Shown piece after piece: positions 9,828 through 20,347 of a stretch of 64,000 nt of DNA. Location of the stretch: contig CAWKDB010000009.1 in the NCBI GenBank assembly GCA_963848295.1, positions 1 through 64,000 on the forward strand, written 5' to 3'. The notes beneath the pieces were generated by a model. It had not been told where the DNA came from. It saw only the letters and a list, made by a program, of their open reading frames with translations, and did no database searches. Positions within the stretch are counted from its first letter, which is position 1, and each line of letters starts with the position of its first letter. Source of the DNA: an uncultured delta proteobacterium (GTDB taxonomy: Bacteria > Myxococcota_A > Polyangia > Haliangiales > Haliangiaceae). Both the position numbers and the translations under genes were made by a program.

Positions 9828-10802
9828 CTATGCCGCCCGGACCACCGGGAGGTGGCGTCGGACGACCTCGGCCGGTCCAGATTGCGCACGAAAGTGATCG
9901 AACCGGCTCGCGTGGTGGGCGTACGCGATCGGACAGCGCGCCGTGCACGCCTTCGGCGCATCGAACGCCCGGCGGATGTCCTCGACCGAGTACTCGGCGA
10001 CCGGCTTGCCGCTGCCGTCCATGCGCGGCGCGCACAGGTGCACGAGGCCGTGCTCGCACACGTGAAACGTACGGGCGCCCGCCCGGCACTTCCACGGCTG
10101 ATCGGCGCCATCGACGAGCGCGTGCTGGAAGTCGTCCGGCAGGATCGCGCGCTTGCCCATGCCGCGGATCTCCGCGTACGCGGCGCGCGCGCGCTCGTCG
10201 AGCGGGATGATCGAGCCGTCGGCGTGGCGCATCAGCGAGCACGACGCGTCGAAGCCCAGGCTCCGCACCACGCGCGTGACCTCGACCGCCTCCTCGGGCG
10301 GACCGCCGCCGAGCACCGTGTTGATCCGGACGCGGAACTTCGCGTGCTCGGCCAGGAGGCGCAGCTTCGGCAGGAGCGGCTTGAGCGACTTCTTCGAGAT
10401 CTCGTTCGGGATCGCGTTGTCGATGCTGAGCTGCATGCCGTAGAGGCCCGCCTCGTTCAGCGCGTCGATCCACCTCTTCGTGAGCAAGAAGCCGTTCGTG
10501 TTGAGCATCGGCGTCATGCCGCGCGCGTTCACGTGGCGCACGAGGTCCGCCGCGCCCGGGTGCAGGAGGCTCTCGCCGCCGGTCAGCGTGACGATCACGG
10601 CCCGCAGGCGCGCGATGTGATCGATCCGCTCCTCGAGCGTCGCCATCGCGACCGGCGGCGACACCTTGTCGTACTCGAAGCAGTAGCCGCACGACAGGTT
10701 GCAGCGGCGCGTGATGATGAGGTTCGCGATCATCGGGCGATCCCGATCGAGCGCGGCGGAGACGAGGTTCAGGGCGAGGCGGCCGTCAGCACGAAGCGAC
10801 AT
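9828..10802 (-). CDS. Radical SAM protein with C-terminal Cys cluster (SPASM/twitch-like)
   Basis: CNLSCGYC (CxxxCxxC), TGGESLLHP, NTNG; C-terminal CRAG...C...C...C. Confidence 0.9.
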   Translation of the reverse strand: MSLRADGRLALNLVSAALDRDRPMIANLIITRRCNLSCGYCFEYDKVSPPVAMATLEERIDHIARLRAVIVTLTGGESLLHPGAADLVRHVNARGMTPMLNTNGFLLTKRWIDALNEAGLYGMQLSIDNAIPNEISKKSLKPLLPKLRLLAEHAKFRVRINTVLGGGPPEEAVEVTRVVRSLGFDASCSLMRHADGSIIPLDERARAAYAEIRGMGKRAILPDDFQHALVDGADQPWKCRAGARTFHVCEHGLVHLCAPRMDGSGKPVAEYSVEDIRRAFDAPKACTARCPIAYAHHASRFDHFRAQSGPAEVVRRHLPVVRAA

Positions 10803-10877
10803 GCCCTGGCGAAGTGCATTGGTCGGGCCGCGCGATAACCGCGCGAAAGCTCGTGCGAGAGCGTCCGCTTTTCGACA

Positions 10878-11163
10878 CTACGGCTTGCAGTAGCCCTTGC
10901 CGTTGCACTTCTGACCGGCCGAGCCCACCGGGCAGGTCGTGTCCATGCCGACCGTGCACTTCTGCGAGCACACGTCGTGACCGAGCTGATCGATCGAGTC
11001 CGTGCAGACGCCGCTCGTGCACTCCGTCGACGTGTCGCTCGTGATCGTGCAGGTGGCGCCGAACGCACCGGCGGCGGCCGCCGCGTCGATCGTCGGCCCG
11101 GCGGGCGGCGCGTCGCCCGAGCAGGCGGCGAGCAGGAGCGCGAGGAGGAGGGTCTTGGCCATG
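10878..11163 (-). CDS. Small Cys-rich lipoprotein
   Basis: MAKTLLLALLLAAC lipobox; eight further Cys. Confidence 0.7.
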
Positions 11164-11175
11164 TCCAATCGTATC

Positions 11176-11527
11176 TCAGTGCGCGGTGCAAGCGTTCGGC
11201 GCGGTCGGCTTGCAGATGCCCATGTTGTTGCAGCTCACGGCCGCGCCGTTCTGCGCCGGGCACGGGTTCGAGGAGCTACACGCCTGCGTGCAGATCATGA
11301 AGCCGGAATCCGGTGAAGGCCTTGCAGTCCTGCGACATGCAGCCGGCGTTGCCGAGGCAGTTGTCATAGAGCGCACCGGTGCACGCCGCCCCCATCGGGG
11401 CGTCCACGAGGCCGGGCGCGGCATCGATGACCGAGCCGGGACCATCGTGGGTGGTCGAGGCGTCGGTCGTGGTGGTGCTGCTGGTACACGCCATCAGCAC
11501 GCTGCTGAGGAGCAGGAGTCTGAGCAT
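11176..11527 (-). CDS. Small Cys-rich lipoprotein (one frameshift), related to its neighbour
   Basis: MLRLLLLSSVLMAC... joined to ...ICTQAC...CNNMGICKP; shares the CxxxGxCKP ending with 10878..11163. Confidence 0.65.
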
Positions 11528-11630
11528 ATGCGCCCAGGATCGTCGATCGAGGCGCGTGATGGTGGGTCGCGTCGTTACATGATCGTGACCTGCCCGCACC
11601 TCCCGTGAGCTGCGTTACCGTGCGCCCGTC

Positions 11631-12296
11631 ATGGATCGTCGTCGGACCTGGATCGTGATCGCCGCCTTCAACGAGGGCGGCGCGATCCGCGCCGTGGTCG
11701 AGGAGCTCGTCGCGGCGGGCTGGCCGGTGGTCGTCGTCGACGACGGCTCGCAGGACGACACGAGCGCCGCGGCCGCCGTCCCCGGCGCGATCGTGCTCCG
11801 CCACGTGATCAACCGCGGCCAGGGCGCTGCGCTGCAGACCGGGATCGACTACGCGCTCGCGCGCGGCGCCGAGAACCTCGCGACGTTCGACGCCGACGGC
11901 CAGCACGACGTCGCGGATCTCCCGCGGCTCGTCACGACACTCGACGACGCCGACATCGCGCTCGGCTCGCGGTTCCTCGGGCGAGCCGAGGGCGCGAGCG
12001 CGGGCCGCCTGCGCCTCCTGCGCCTCGCGACGCGCGTCTCGAACCGGCTCTCGGGGCTCGCGCTCACCGACGCGCACTGCGGCCTGCGCGCCTTTCGCGC
12101 GAGCGCCGCCCCCGCCCTGCGGATCTCGCACGACCGGATGGCGCACGCCTCCGAGCTGCTCCGCAAGATCGCCGGAAGCGGGCTCCGCGTGGTCGAGGTG
12201 CCCGCGACCGTGCGATACACGGCGTACTCGATGCGCAAGGGCCAGACCTGGATCCAGTCGGTGCGCATCCTGTTCGACTACGTGTTCCGCCCATGA
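11631..12296 (+). CDS. Glycosyltransferase family 2 (polyprenol-phosphate glycosyltransferase/DPM-like)
   Basis: IAAFNE, VVDDGSQD, NRGQGAAL, TFDADGQH, TDAHCGLRAF. Confidence 0.9.
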   Translation: MDRRRTWIVIAAFNEGGAIRAVVEELVAAGWPVVVVDDGSQDDTSAAAAVPGAIVLRHVINRGQGAALQTGIDYALARGAENLATFDADGQHDVADLPRLVTTLDDADIALGSRFLGRAEGASAGRLRLLRLATRVSNRLSGLALTDAHCGLRAFRASAAPALRISHDRMAHASELLRKIAGSGLRVVEVPATVRYTAYSMRKGQTWIQSVRILFDYVFRP

Positions 12297-13009
12297 CGAA
12301 GGCCCGCACCCTCGAGCGGCTCGTCCCCGACGAGCTGTCCGCGACCGACGCGACCGGTCGCGCCACCCTCGAGCTACACCTCGCGCGCTACGCGTTCGCC
12401 GCGCAGCACGCGCGCCCGGGCCGCGCGCTCGACATGGCCTGCGGCGTCGGGTACGGCACGCGGTTCCTCGCGGATCGCGCGCCCGTCGAGGTCCTCGGCG
12501 TCGATCTCGATGCCGACGCGATCGCGTACGCGGCCGCGCGCTACGGCGGCCCGCGCGTGAAGTTCGAGCAGCACGACGCGCAGGCGTTCGGCGATCTCGC
12601 GGGCTTCGACACCGTCGTCTCGCTCGAGACCATCGAGCACGTGCCCGATCCGCCGCGGCTGATCGAGCGGCTCGTCGCGGCGCTGCGCCCGGGCGGCGTG
12701 CTGATCGCGTCGGTGCCGACCACGCCGTCGGTCGACGTGAATCCACACCACCTGCACGACTTCACCGAGCGCACCTTCGTCGAGCTCCTCGCGCCGCACC
12801 GGCTCGTCGAGATCGATCGCTTCCGCCAGGTCCAGCGCTTCGCGCCCGTGGCGATCCTGCGCCGCACCGAGGTCCGCGCCGCGGATCTGCGCCCGCACCT
12901 CGTGCGCTACTACGCGCTCCACCCCCGCGCCGCGCTGCGCCGCGCGCTCGCCACCGCGCGCTACGGCTTCACGAATCGCTACGTGACGATCGCCTGGCGC
13001 CGGCCCTAG
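12293..13009 (+). CDS. Class I SAM-dependent methyltransferase
   Basis: HLARY, LDMACGVGYG, VSLETIEH; ATGA overlap with the GT2 gene. Confidence 0.9.
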   Translation: MTKARTLERLVPDELSATDATGRATLELHLARYAFAAQHARPGRALDMACGVGYGTRFLADRAPVEVLGVDLDADAIAYAAARYGGPRVKFEQHDAQAFGDLAGFDTVVSLETIEHVPDPPRLIERLVAALRPGGVLIASVPTTPSVDVNPHHLHDFTERTFVELLAPHRLVEIDRFRQVQRFAPVAILRRTEVRAADLRPHLVRYYALHPRAALRRALATARYGFTNRYVTIAWRRP

Positions 13010-13533
13010 AACTGGTTCGGCGTGCCCTTGGTCTGGTGCATGGTCGTCACGAACGCACCGAACACGTCGGGGTTGCGCGCGAACGAGCCGCCGGCCGGGG
13101 AGTCTCCCTCGGCCCAGTCGACGCCATCCGAGAGCAGGTGGTCCGACTTGCGATAGACCCACAGCTCCTCGTCGCCGGCGAGCTTGAACGGGACGGTGGT
13201 GCCATCGACGTCCTGCGCGAAGTACTCGCCCGGCCCGAGGGTGTGCTGCGCGAACGGGACGGCCTTGGTGAAGTCGCCGGCGGCATCCACGAAGATGAAG
13301 TCCGACATCTCGATCGGCGACGCCGTCGCGTTCACGACCTCGAACCAGTCGGGGGTCTCGCTCGCGGCGACCTCGTTCACGACGAGGAGCCGCAGCGCGG
13401 GTGGCGCGTCGACCGCACTCGCGTCGGCGACCGCCGGCGCGTCGATCTGCCCGTGCGGTGGTGCATCGACCGTGGAGCTCGAGGCGTTGCTGCAGGCGGC
13501 GAGCACGAGGACAAGAGCGATACGCATGGTCAT
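13006..13533 (-). CDS. Lamin-tail-domain lipoprotein
   Basis: MTMRIALVLVLAAC lipobox; VVNEV...DWFEVVN...TLGPGEY...FKL...SFARNPD...TKGTPN, an LTD signature. Confidence 0.8.
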   Translation of the reverse strand: MTMRIALVLVLAACSNASSSTVDAPPHGQIDAPAVADASAVDAPPALRLLVVNEVAASETPDWFEVVNATASPIEMSDFIFVDAAGDFTKAVPFAQHTLGPGEYFAQDVDGTTVPFKLAGDEELWVYRKSDHLLSDGVDWAEGDSPAGGSFARNPDVFGAFVTTMHQTKGTPNQF

Positions 13534-14554
13534 TCCCCCGAGGGCTTGAATGCGGCCGTGGCCGAGACGATCAGCATGATCGTGGTGGCCGCGCCGGGAT
13601 CGGTGACGAGCGGCATCGCGGTGCCGCTGGAGGTCGAGCGATCGACCGCGAGCCACACCCGCACGCCGGGCTGCAGCTCCGCGGCGATCGCGCCGCCCAG
13701 GTGGTGTGCTGGCCGCCGTCGAGCTGCAGCGTGGCGCCCCGCGCCGCCACCACCCCGTACGGCATCGGGCGCGCCTCAATCCAGCCCGCGAACGCGTTGC
13801 CGGTGAGCGTCGCATCGCCGGCGATGCCGAGCGCGCGCTCGACCTCGAGGCCGGCGTCGACGAGGTCGAGGTGGAGCGTGGCCATGCCGCCGAACCGGTG
13901 ATCGCGGATGCTCGCCGGCCCAATCGAGCCATCGCGCGCCATCGCCGCGACGCGCAACCCCGGCACCGGCAGGACCTCGCGACGCCGGTCGTGGTCTTGC
14001 CGCGGTTGCGCTCGGGGTAGGACAGGCCCTCGCCGTTCCCGATCGCGACCGTGGCCCGCACGATCCCGAACGTCGCGCGGCCGACGAAGGACGAGATCGC
14101 TCGGGCTGTCGAGCAGCATGCGCTCGCTCGCGGTGCGCGACAGCGGCAGCGTCGGGTCGCCGAGCTCGAGCGTCGCAATCCACGGATCGGCCGCGAGGCC
14201 GGCCATGCCCTCGAGCCGGAGGTCTCCGAGCGCGTAGTTGCCGAGGATCTGCGCGCGCTTGATCCGCGCGACGAGCGAGTCGCCGGCGATGCCGAGCGCG
14301 CCACCTTCGGCGGCCGAGCGGATCGCCTCGAGGCGAAGCTCGGTCGCGAACCGCGGTCCGAGGCCGACCGTCGCGCCGACCTCGCCGCGATCGAGGCGGA
14401 TCTCGGTGAGCTCGTCGCCGGTGCGATGCACGTCGTCGCCGTCGATGAAGGTCTGCAGATCGACCTGGAGCTTTGGCACCGGCGCGACCGAAAAAGCGTC
14501 GTCGGCGTGCGCCGCGGTGCTCGCGAACAGGAGGGCGAGGATCGGTTTGTTCAC
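13530..14554 (-). CDS. Porin-like outer-membrane beta-barrel (frameshifted)
   Basis: Signal peptide VNKPILALLFASTAAHA; EIRLDRGEVG, ARIKRAQI and IGNGEGLSYPERNRGK resemble phosphate-porin-type barrels. Confidence 0.55.
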
Positions 14555-15840
14555 GGCAACACCTGCTGCGCGAGATCGATCATCGAGAGGTCCGCGAAGT
14601 CCTGCGCGAGCTGGGCCGCGTCGGCGGACGCGGTGGTCGCAATCTCGTCGGCGAACGCATCCGCGCGTCCGGCGAGGAGCGGTCCGATCGCATCCTGGCC
14701 GAGGATCCCGTCCTGCGTCGGCGCGTGGGCGTGCGCGTCCGCGAGCCGCGCGGCGAATCGCGCCGCGAGCGCGACCTGCTGATCGCCGGGGAGCGCGCCG
14801 AGCTCGAGGTTGTCGACGCCGCGCTGGTAGTCCTCGCAATCGTGGATCCGCAGCGACAGCGCCCCGACCTCGGCCGAGCCGAGCAGCGTGTCCTCGTCGG
14901 GCCGGACCTGGAGCTCGCGCTGCGTGGCGACGACCCGGATCCCCGGCGTCGACCACCTCGCGGGCTCGAGCTCGGGCAGCCCGGCGATGATCAGGCCGTC
15001 GCGCTCCTCCTTGAGCTCGATCACCGATTCGTCGTCGAGGACGACCACGTAGCGCAGCGCCGCGTAGCTCGCCACGCCGGACCCCAGCCTGCGGGCCTGG
15101 AGCTGCACGGTCCGCGCTCCGCCGCTCCACTGCGCGACCGCATCGGCGATCCACACCGCGGCCTCGGCGCCCACCGGGTCCAGGCGGTTCTCGATCACGC
15201 CGTCGGCCCCGACGGGATCCTGATTGCCGAACGCGATCGCGCGCGTGCCGTCCGGACCGACCGGCGCGACGGCGTCGAGCTCCTTGTGCGCATCGCCGTT
15301 CTTCTTCGCCTTCGCGATGAGGGCGTCGAGGTACGGGTCATCCCCGGTGACCGGGATCCCGTTGATCTGGTTCGCATAGGCGAGCCCCACCGCGCGCGCC
15401 GTGGCCGCGTTGTTCGTGGCGACGAGCATGCCGATCGCGAGGCGCCGCACCTCGAGCTCGTAGGGGCCGTACCCGGCCGAGTCGAAGTCGTTGAAGTCGA
15501 TGACGAACGTCCCGTCCGCGGCGCGGAACGAGCCCAGGTTCTCGGGGTGCGGATCGCCCTGCAGCAGCACGCGCGACGACGCGACGGAGCCGAACGCGGT
15601 CGGCGCGCGCGCCCCCGGCGTCATCGCCTCGCGCCAGTACACGGCGCCCGTGCCGCGCAGCCACATGAACGGCGTGCGCTGCATCTTGAGGAGCTTCTCG
15701 CGCACGAGCTCGGGCTCGCGCAGCGCCCACTCGCGGTTGTCGCTGGCGAGCGTGTCGATCACGAAGTCCTTGCGAGCGTCCGCGAGGTCGCTCGACGCGG
15801 CACACCCGGCGAGGAGCACGAAGGCGAGCCAGCCCGACAT
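14551..15840 (-). CDS. DUF2252-family (kinase-like fold) protein with lipoprotein signal
   Basis: KMQRTPFMWLRGT, QGDPHPENLG, DFNDFD, RRLGSGVAS, IELKEE; N-terminal MSGWLAFVLLAGC. Confidence 0.8.
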   Translation of the reverse strand: MSGWLAFVLLAGCAASSDLADARKDFVIDTLASDNREWALREPELVREKLLKMQRTPFMWLRGTGAVYWREAMTPGARAPTAFGSVASSRVLLQGDPHPENLGSFRAADGTFVIDFNDFDSAGYGPYELEVRRLAIGMLVATNNAATARAVGLAYANQINGIPVTGDDPYLDALIAKAKKNGDAHKELDAVAPVGPDGTRAIAFGNQDPVGADGVIENRLDPVGAEAAVWIADAVAQWSGGARTVQLQARRLGSGVASYAALRYVVVLDDESVIELKEERDGLIIAGLPELEPARWSTPGIRVVATQRELQVRPDEDTLLGSAEVGALSLRIHDCEDYQRGVDNLELGALPGDQQVALAARFAARLADAHAHAPTQDGILGQDAIGPLLAGRADAFADEIATTASADAAQLAQDFADLSMIDLAQQVLP

Positions 15841-15907
15841 CGGCGCGCACTTGACCACCGGCCGGTGACGCGTGGTCACCGCCGGTGACGCGACGGTGAC
15901 ATCTCGA

Positions 15908-17817
15908 TCACTCCCACGCGCCCTGCACGACGAGCGAGATCACGCGGCCGGGGGCGTGAAGCCAGCGCGGGTCTGCGGCGCGAGGTTCAGGAGATCATCG
16001 ACGCGGAGCACCGCGAGGTACTGCTTCGTCGCCTGCCAGGTCGCGGTCGCCTGCACGAGCGTGTAGCCCGGGTTCAGCGTGGTGCCCTGGAAGTTGTCGC
16101 CGAAGTACTCGACGCGCGCGAGCACCGCGAGCCCCGGCAGCGGCGTCGCCTGCACCCAGCCCTCGACCTTGTTGCGCGGCAGGCGCGTGATCGCGTCGCG
16201 GCTCTTGTCGTTGGTCGCGCGCACGTGGCTGTAGCCGCCGCCGAGCTCGACGAGATGGTGCAGCTTCGCTCGCGCGATCACGTCGACGCCGTAGATCGTG
16301 AGATCGTCGACGGGGCCGTACTGACCCTTCAGGTTCGGATCGGCCATGATCGTCCCGGTCTGGAACCGGTAGAACGGCGCGAGCCTCGAGCCGGAGCCGG
16401 TCGTCGCGGGTCTCGATCGCGCGGATCTCGGCGTGATCGGTCATCTCGGGGCCGAGCTTCGGGTTGCCCTGGATCGGGATCGTAGCGCTCGCTGAGGCTC
16501 GGGACCCGCCCCTTGCGGCCGACGCGTCGTCGAGATCTCGGAGACTCCTGGGCCGGCCGGTACTTCACGTCGAGCTTCGCCTCGGGCCACGGATCCGCGT
16601 TCGGCGTGCCGAACGGGAACGCCACGCCCGCCGACGCAGTCGATGCGGATCGGGCCGTGCTCGTACTGGAGGTCGCCGGCGGTCTCGATCTCGGTCGTGT
16701 CGCCGTGCGCGACGAGCTGGCTCGCGCGTGAACGTCGTCGGAGCGTCGGCGCGGTCTCGTGGTCGACCACCGCCGAGGCGGCCCAGCGCCAGTCCTTCGT
16801 GATCGGGTCGCGTCGCGAGCAGCATGCCGCCGGCGCGCGTCGCGGTCAGGTTCTCGAAGAGCGTCGGCTCGTCGAACGATCGGATCCGTGAACGAGCGCG
16901 TGCGCCGGTCAGATGGTGGAACCCAGCCCTCGGCCTGGAGCTGAGCTTGCCGATCCGTCGTCGAGCTTCGCCGAGATCCGCTGGCTGGTCTCGCGATCGC
17001 GTCGAGCGTGAGATCGAGTGGCATGTCGCCCGGGTGCCTGCGAGGTAGTGGCGATCGTCGAGGAAGCCATCGACGACGACGCGGCGATCGCCGTCGCGAT
17101 ACTCGAAGCGCGCCGCGCCGGTGCTCGGTGGCGATCCTCGCTGATGCTCTGCATGCCATCGGAATGGTGTAGTCGTGGCCGCCCATGAGCCCCGATGCGC
17201 TCAGCCGCAGCGCGAGTGTGCTTCGTGAGCGCGCGCGCGCGCCGATGCCGGTCATGCCGGAAGCTCGGCAGCGTGTCGCTCGTCACGCGCGCGATCACGA
17301 TCTGCGGGCCGACCGCGTCGCGCGTCAGGACCTCGATGACGCCGCCCGAGCCGTTGGGGCCGTCGATCGGCGACTGCGGCGTGGTCGACGACGCGGATCT
17401 GGACGATGTCGGTGATCGGGATCGTCGAGACGTCGAACGTGCCGAGTACGGGTCGGTGATCGGGACGCCGTCGATCAGGATCGCGACCTCGCCCTTGCGG
17501 CCGCCGCGGATGTCGATGTTGAAGCCGCCGCGGCCGGCGTCGCGCACGGTGACGTCGGGAAGCAGCGCGAGCGCAGTCGCGAGATCGACGGCGCCGCGCG
17601 CCGCGAGCTGCTCGCCGGTCAGCCGGACCTCGGTGTCGCGATCGAACGGCTTGTCGGGCCGCTCGTCGATAGATCTCGACGGTCTCCGCGAGAGACTGCT
17701 CGAGCAGCTGCTGGTCGGTGAGCCGCCCGGGGCCACGGCGACGCGTCTGCCTGCGGAGTCGGCCACGGATCGGCCGGGCTGTCGCGCTGGCGAGGAGATG
17801 CGAGCGCGGCTTCGCAT
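15908..17817 (-). CDS. TonB-dependent receptor (many frameshifts)
   Basis: Plug motifs LALLPDV...IDIRG...ILIDGVP...GGVIEV; barrel fragments; RVDDLLN; C-terminal LVVQGAWE*. Confidence 0.8.
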
Positions 17818-18457
17818 CAGAGATCGCCGACCGTGCGTACACAACCCCCGGCACCGCCGCCGCCGCCGCCACCGCCGCCGCCGCCCGTGCCGCCGACGTT
17901 GTTACGACCAGGCCCGAAATCGCCTCGTGCGCGAGCGACGAGCCACAGCCGCTGGCGACGGGCGCGTTCGTCGCGTCGACCTGCTCGAAGACGGCGTTGG
18001 TGATGTCGCCGTAACACCGCGGTCGGCATGTCGCCGAACGAGTGGACATTCACGGTGCCCGCGGTCGCGAAATACAGCTCCTGATCCGTCGCGCCGTGAT
18101 GGCCGACCGCACGGACGCAGAGGCCGCACTTGGCCGGGTCGGCATCGTCGCCGGTGATCGTGAACGTGCCGGTGTGGACGTCGCCGCCTGCGAACGCGCC
18201 GTGGTTCGGCCACAGCTCGAGCTGCACGATATCCATCGGACCACTCGGCATGATCCGAGTCGCCGCCACCAGTGCGGCCGCCCATCGAGCCGTTGACGTT
18301 GCAACGCTCGGCGGCGAGCGCCGTCAGGCTGCCAGCGTCGGCCTTGCTCGTCGGCAGCGCGCATCGCGACCGCCGCGCCGTCGGCCGTGTTCATCTCGTT
18401 GGTCGTCGCGCCGCCACCACAGGCGGCCAGGAGGGAAGCGAGGAGAATCACGCGCAT
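17817..18457 (-). CDS. CxxC lipoprotein with poly-Gly tail (paralog A; frameshifted)
   Basis: MRVILLASLLAAC; VQLELW..GAFAG..HTGTF..CGLCVRAVGH; poly-Gly then CVRTVGDL*; TGATG overlap with the TonB receptor start. Confidence 0.7.
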
Positions 18458-18470
18458 GGCGGGGGTGGGG

Positions 18471-18486
18471 AGCAAGCAGCGTGCCC
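18471..18486 (-). promoter_or_regulatory. Sigma54 promoter for paralog A / TonB receptor operon
   Basis: GGGCACGCTGCTTGCT, 13 nt before the ATG at 18457. Confidence 0.7.
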
Positions 18487-18504
18487 CCCGTAACCCCTCT
18501 GGTT

Positions 18505-18528
18505 GCGATGACAGGCCCATGACATCGC
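18505..18528. promoter_or_regulatory. Palindromic candidate enhancer (bEBP upstream activating sequence)
   Basis: GCGATGACA-N6-TGACATCGC between two divergent sigma54 promoters; half-site GCGATGTC recurs at 18607. Confidence 0.45.
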
Positions 18529-18658
18529 TCGGGTTCCCGGGGAGCGAGCCCCCCAATGATCGGCGCATCTTCCCCAGCAGAGTAACGCGATCGGGCCCCG
18601 CTCGCGGCGATGTCTCGGGGTGTAACTCGGATCCGGTCGATTGCGCGATCGGCGGTCG

Positions 18659-18674
18659 CGGTACGCGCCTTGCT
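18659..18674 (+). promoter_or_regulatory. Sigma54 promoter for paralog B
   Basis: CGGTACGCGCCTTGCT, 13 nt before the ATG at 18688. Confidence 0.7.
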
Positions 18675-18687
18675 CGCTGCCGCCGAC

Positions 18688-19403
<716 letters not shown>

Positions 19404-19487
19404 AGATCGCCTGGCTCGATCAGAGGCCGCCCGCGCTTGACCGTTCCGGCCCTCTCTGTCGACGATACGCGCGGGGGTATCCAGACC

Positions 19488-19884
19488 ATGCGCCACGACG
19501 ACGAGATCGAGTCCGAAGAGTCCGAAGAGCACGACGAGAGCAACGGCCACGACCACGCCCACGTTCACGATGACAACACCGCCGTCATCGCGAACCAGGA
19601 GACGATCATCGCCAACCAGAAGGCGATCCTGGCCAACCAGAAGAAGCTCGAGGGCAACCAGAAGAAGCTGGATGCGATCCTCGCGAACCAGAAGAAGCTC
19701 GAGGGGAACCAGAAGAAGCTCGACGCGATCCTCTCCAACCAGAAGACGATCATCGCGAACCAGAAGAAGATCGACGGTGCGAACCAGAAGAAGCTGGATC
19801 GCGATGATCTCGAACCAGGCGAAGATCGAGGCGAACCAGAAGACGATCCTCGCGAACCAGAAGAAGATCCTCGCGAAGAAGTAA
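19488..19884 (+). CDS. His/acidic N-terminus plus (ILANQKK)n heptad coiled-coil protein (frameshift near 19800)
   Basis: MRHDDEIESEESEEHDESNGHDHAHVHDD followed by about 12 IxxNQxx repeats, ending ILAKK*. Confidence 0.8.
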
Positions 19885-20347
19885 GCCGGCGATGTGTCAT
19901 CGCCGACTGCTCCACGACGTCCTCGACGCGCGCGCGCTGGCGGCGTGCACGCTGTTCGAGGGTCTCGCGCCGGCGCCGTGTTGATCCGGCTCGCCGAGCG
20001 CGCCGACGGTGCGCGAGCTCGAGAGCGGCGAGCGCCGCACGACCGAGGACGATGGTGTGGGTCGATCGCCGCGGGGCGCTCGCGGTCGTCGCGCGACCGG
20101 GGACGGCGTCGATGCCACGGCGAGCGTGATGCGGCGCACCGGCGGCACGGCCGGGCCGGCCGCGCGCTCGGCGTCGATCCGCGGATCGCGCGGGCCGACG
20201 CGGCCGGTCGTCGGCGGTCGCGGAGCGCAGCCGGCGCGCTCGTCGGCCTCGGGGATCGACGACGTGCGCGACGTGCTCGAGGAGGACCCGGCGGCGCTGG
20301 CGGCGCTCGCGGACCGCGCTGGCGCGAGCTGCTGCTCGAGGCGCGCC

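Noticed and set aside
9828..11527. Radical SAM plus Cys-rich small proteins as a RiPP (ranthipeptide/sactipeptide) cluster
   Set aside because: The small proteins have lipoprotein signal peptides and are likely exported and disulfide-bonded. No RRE domain, peptidase or transporter is seen.
19580..19880. Regular 21-30 nt DNA repeats resembling a CRISPR array
   Set aside because: There are no unique spacers; the repeats encode the ILANQKK heptads, and no cas genes are present.
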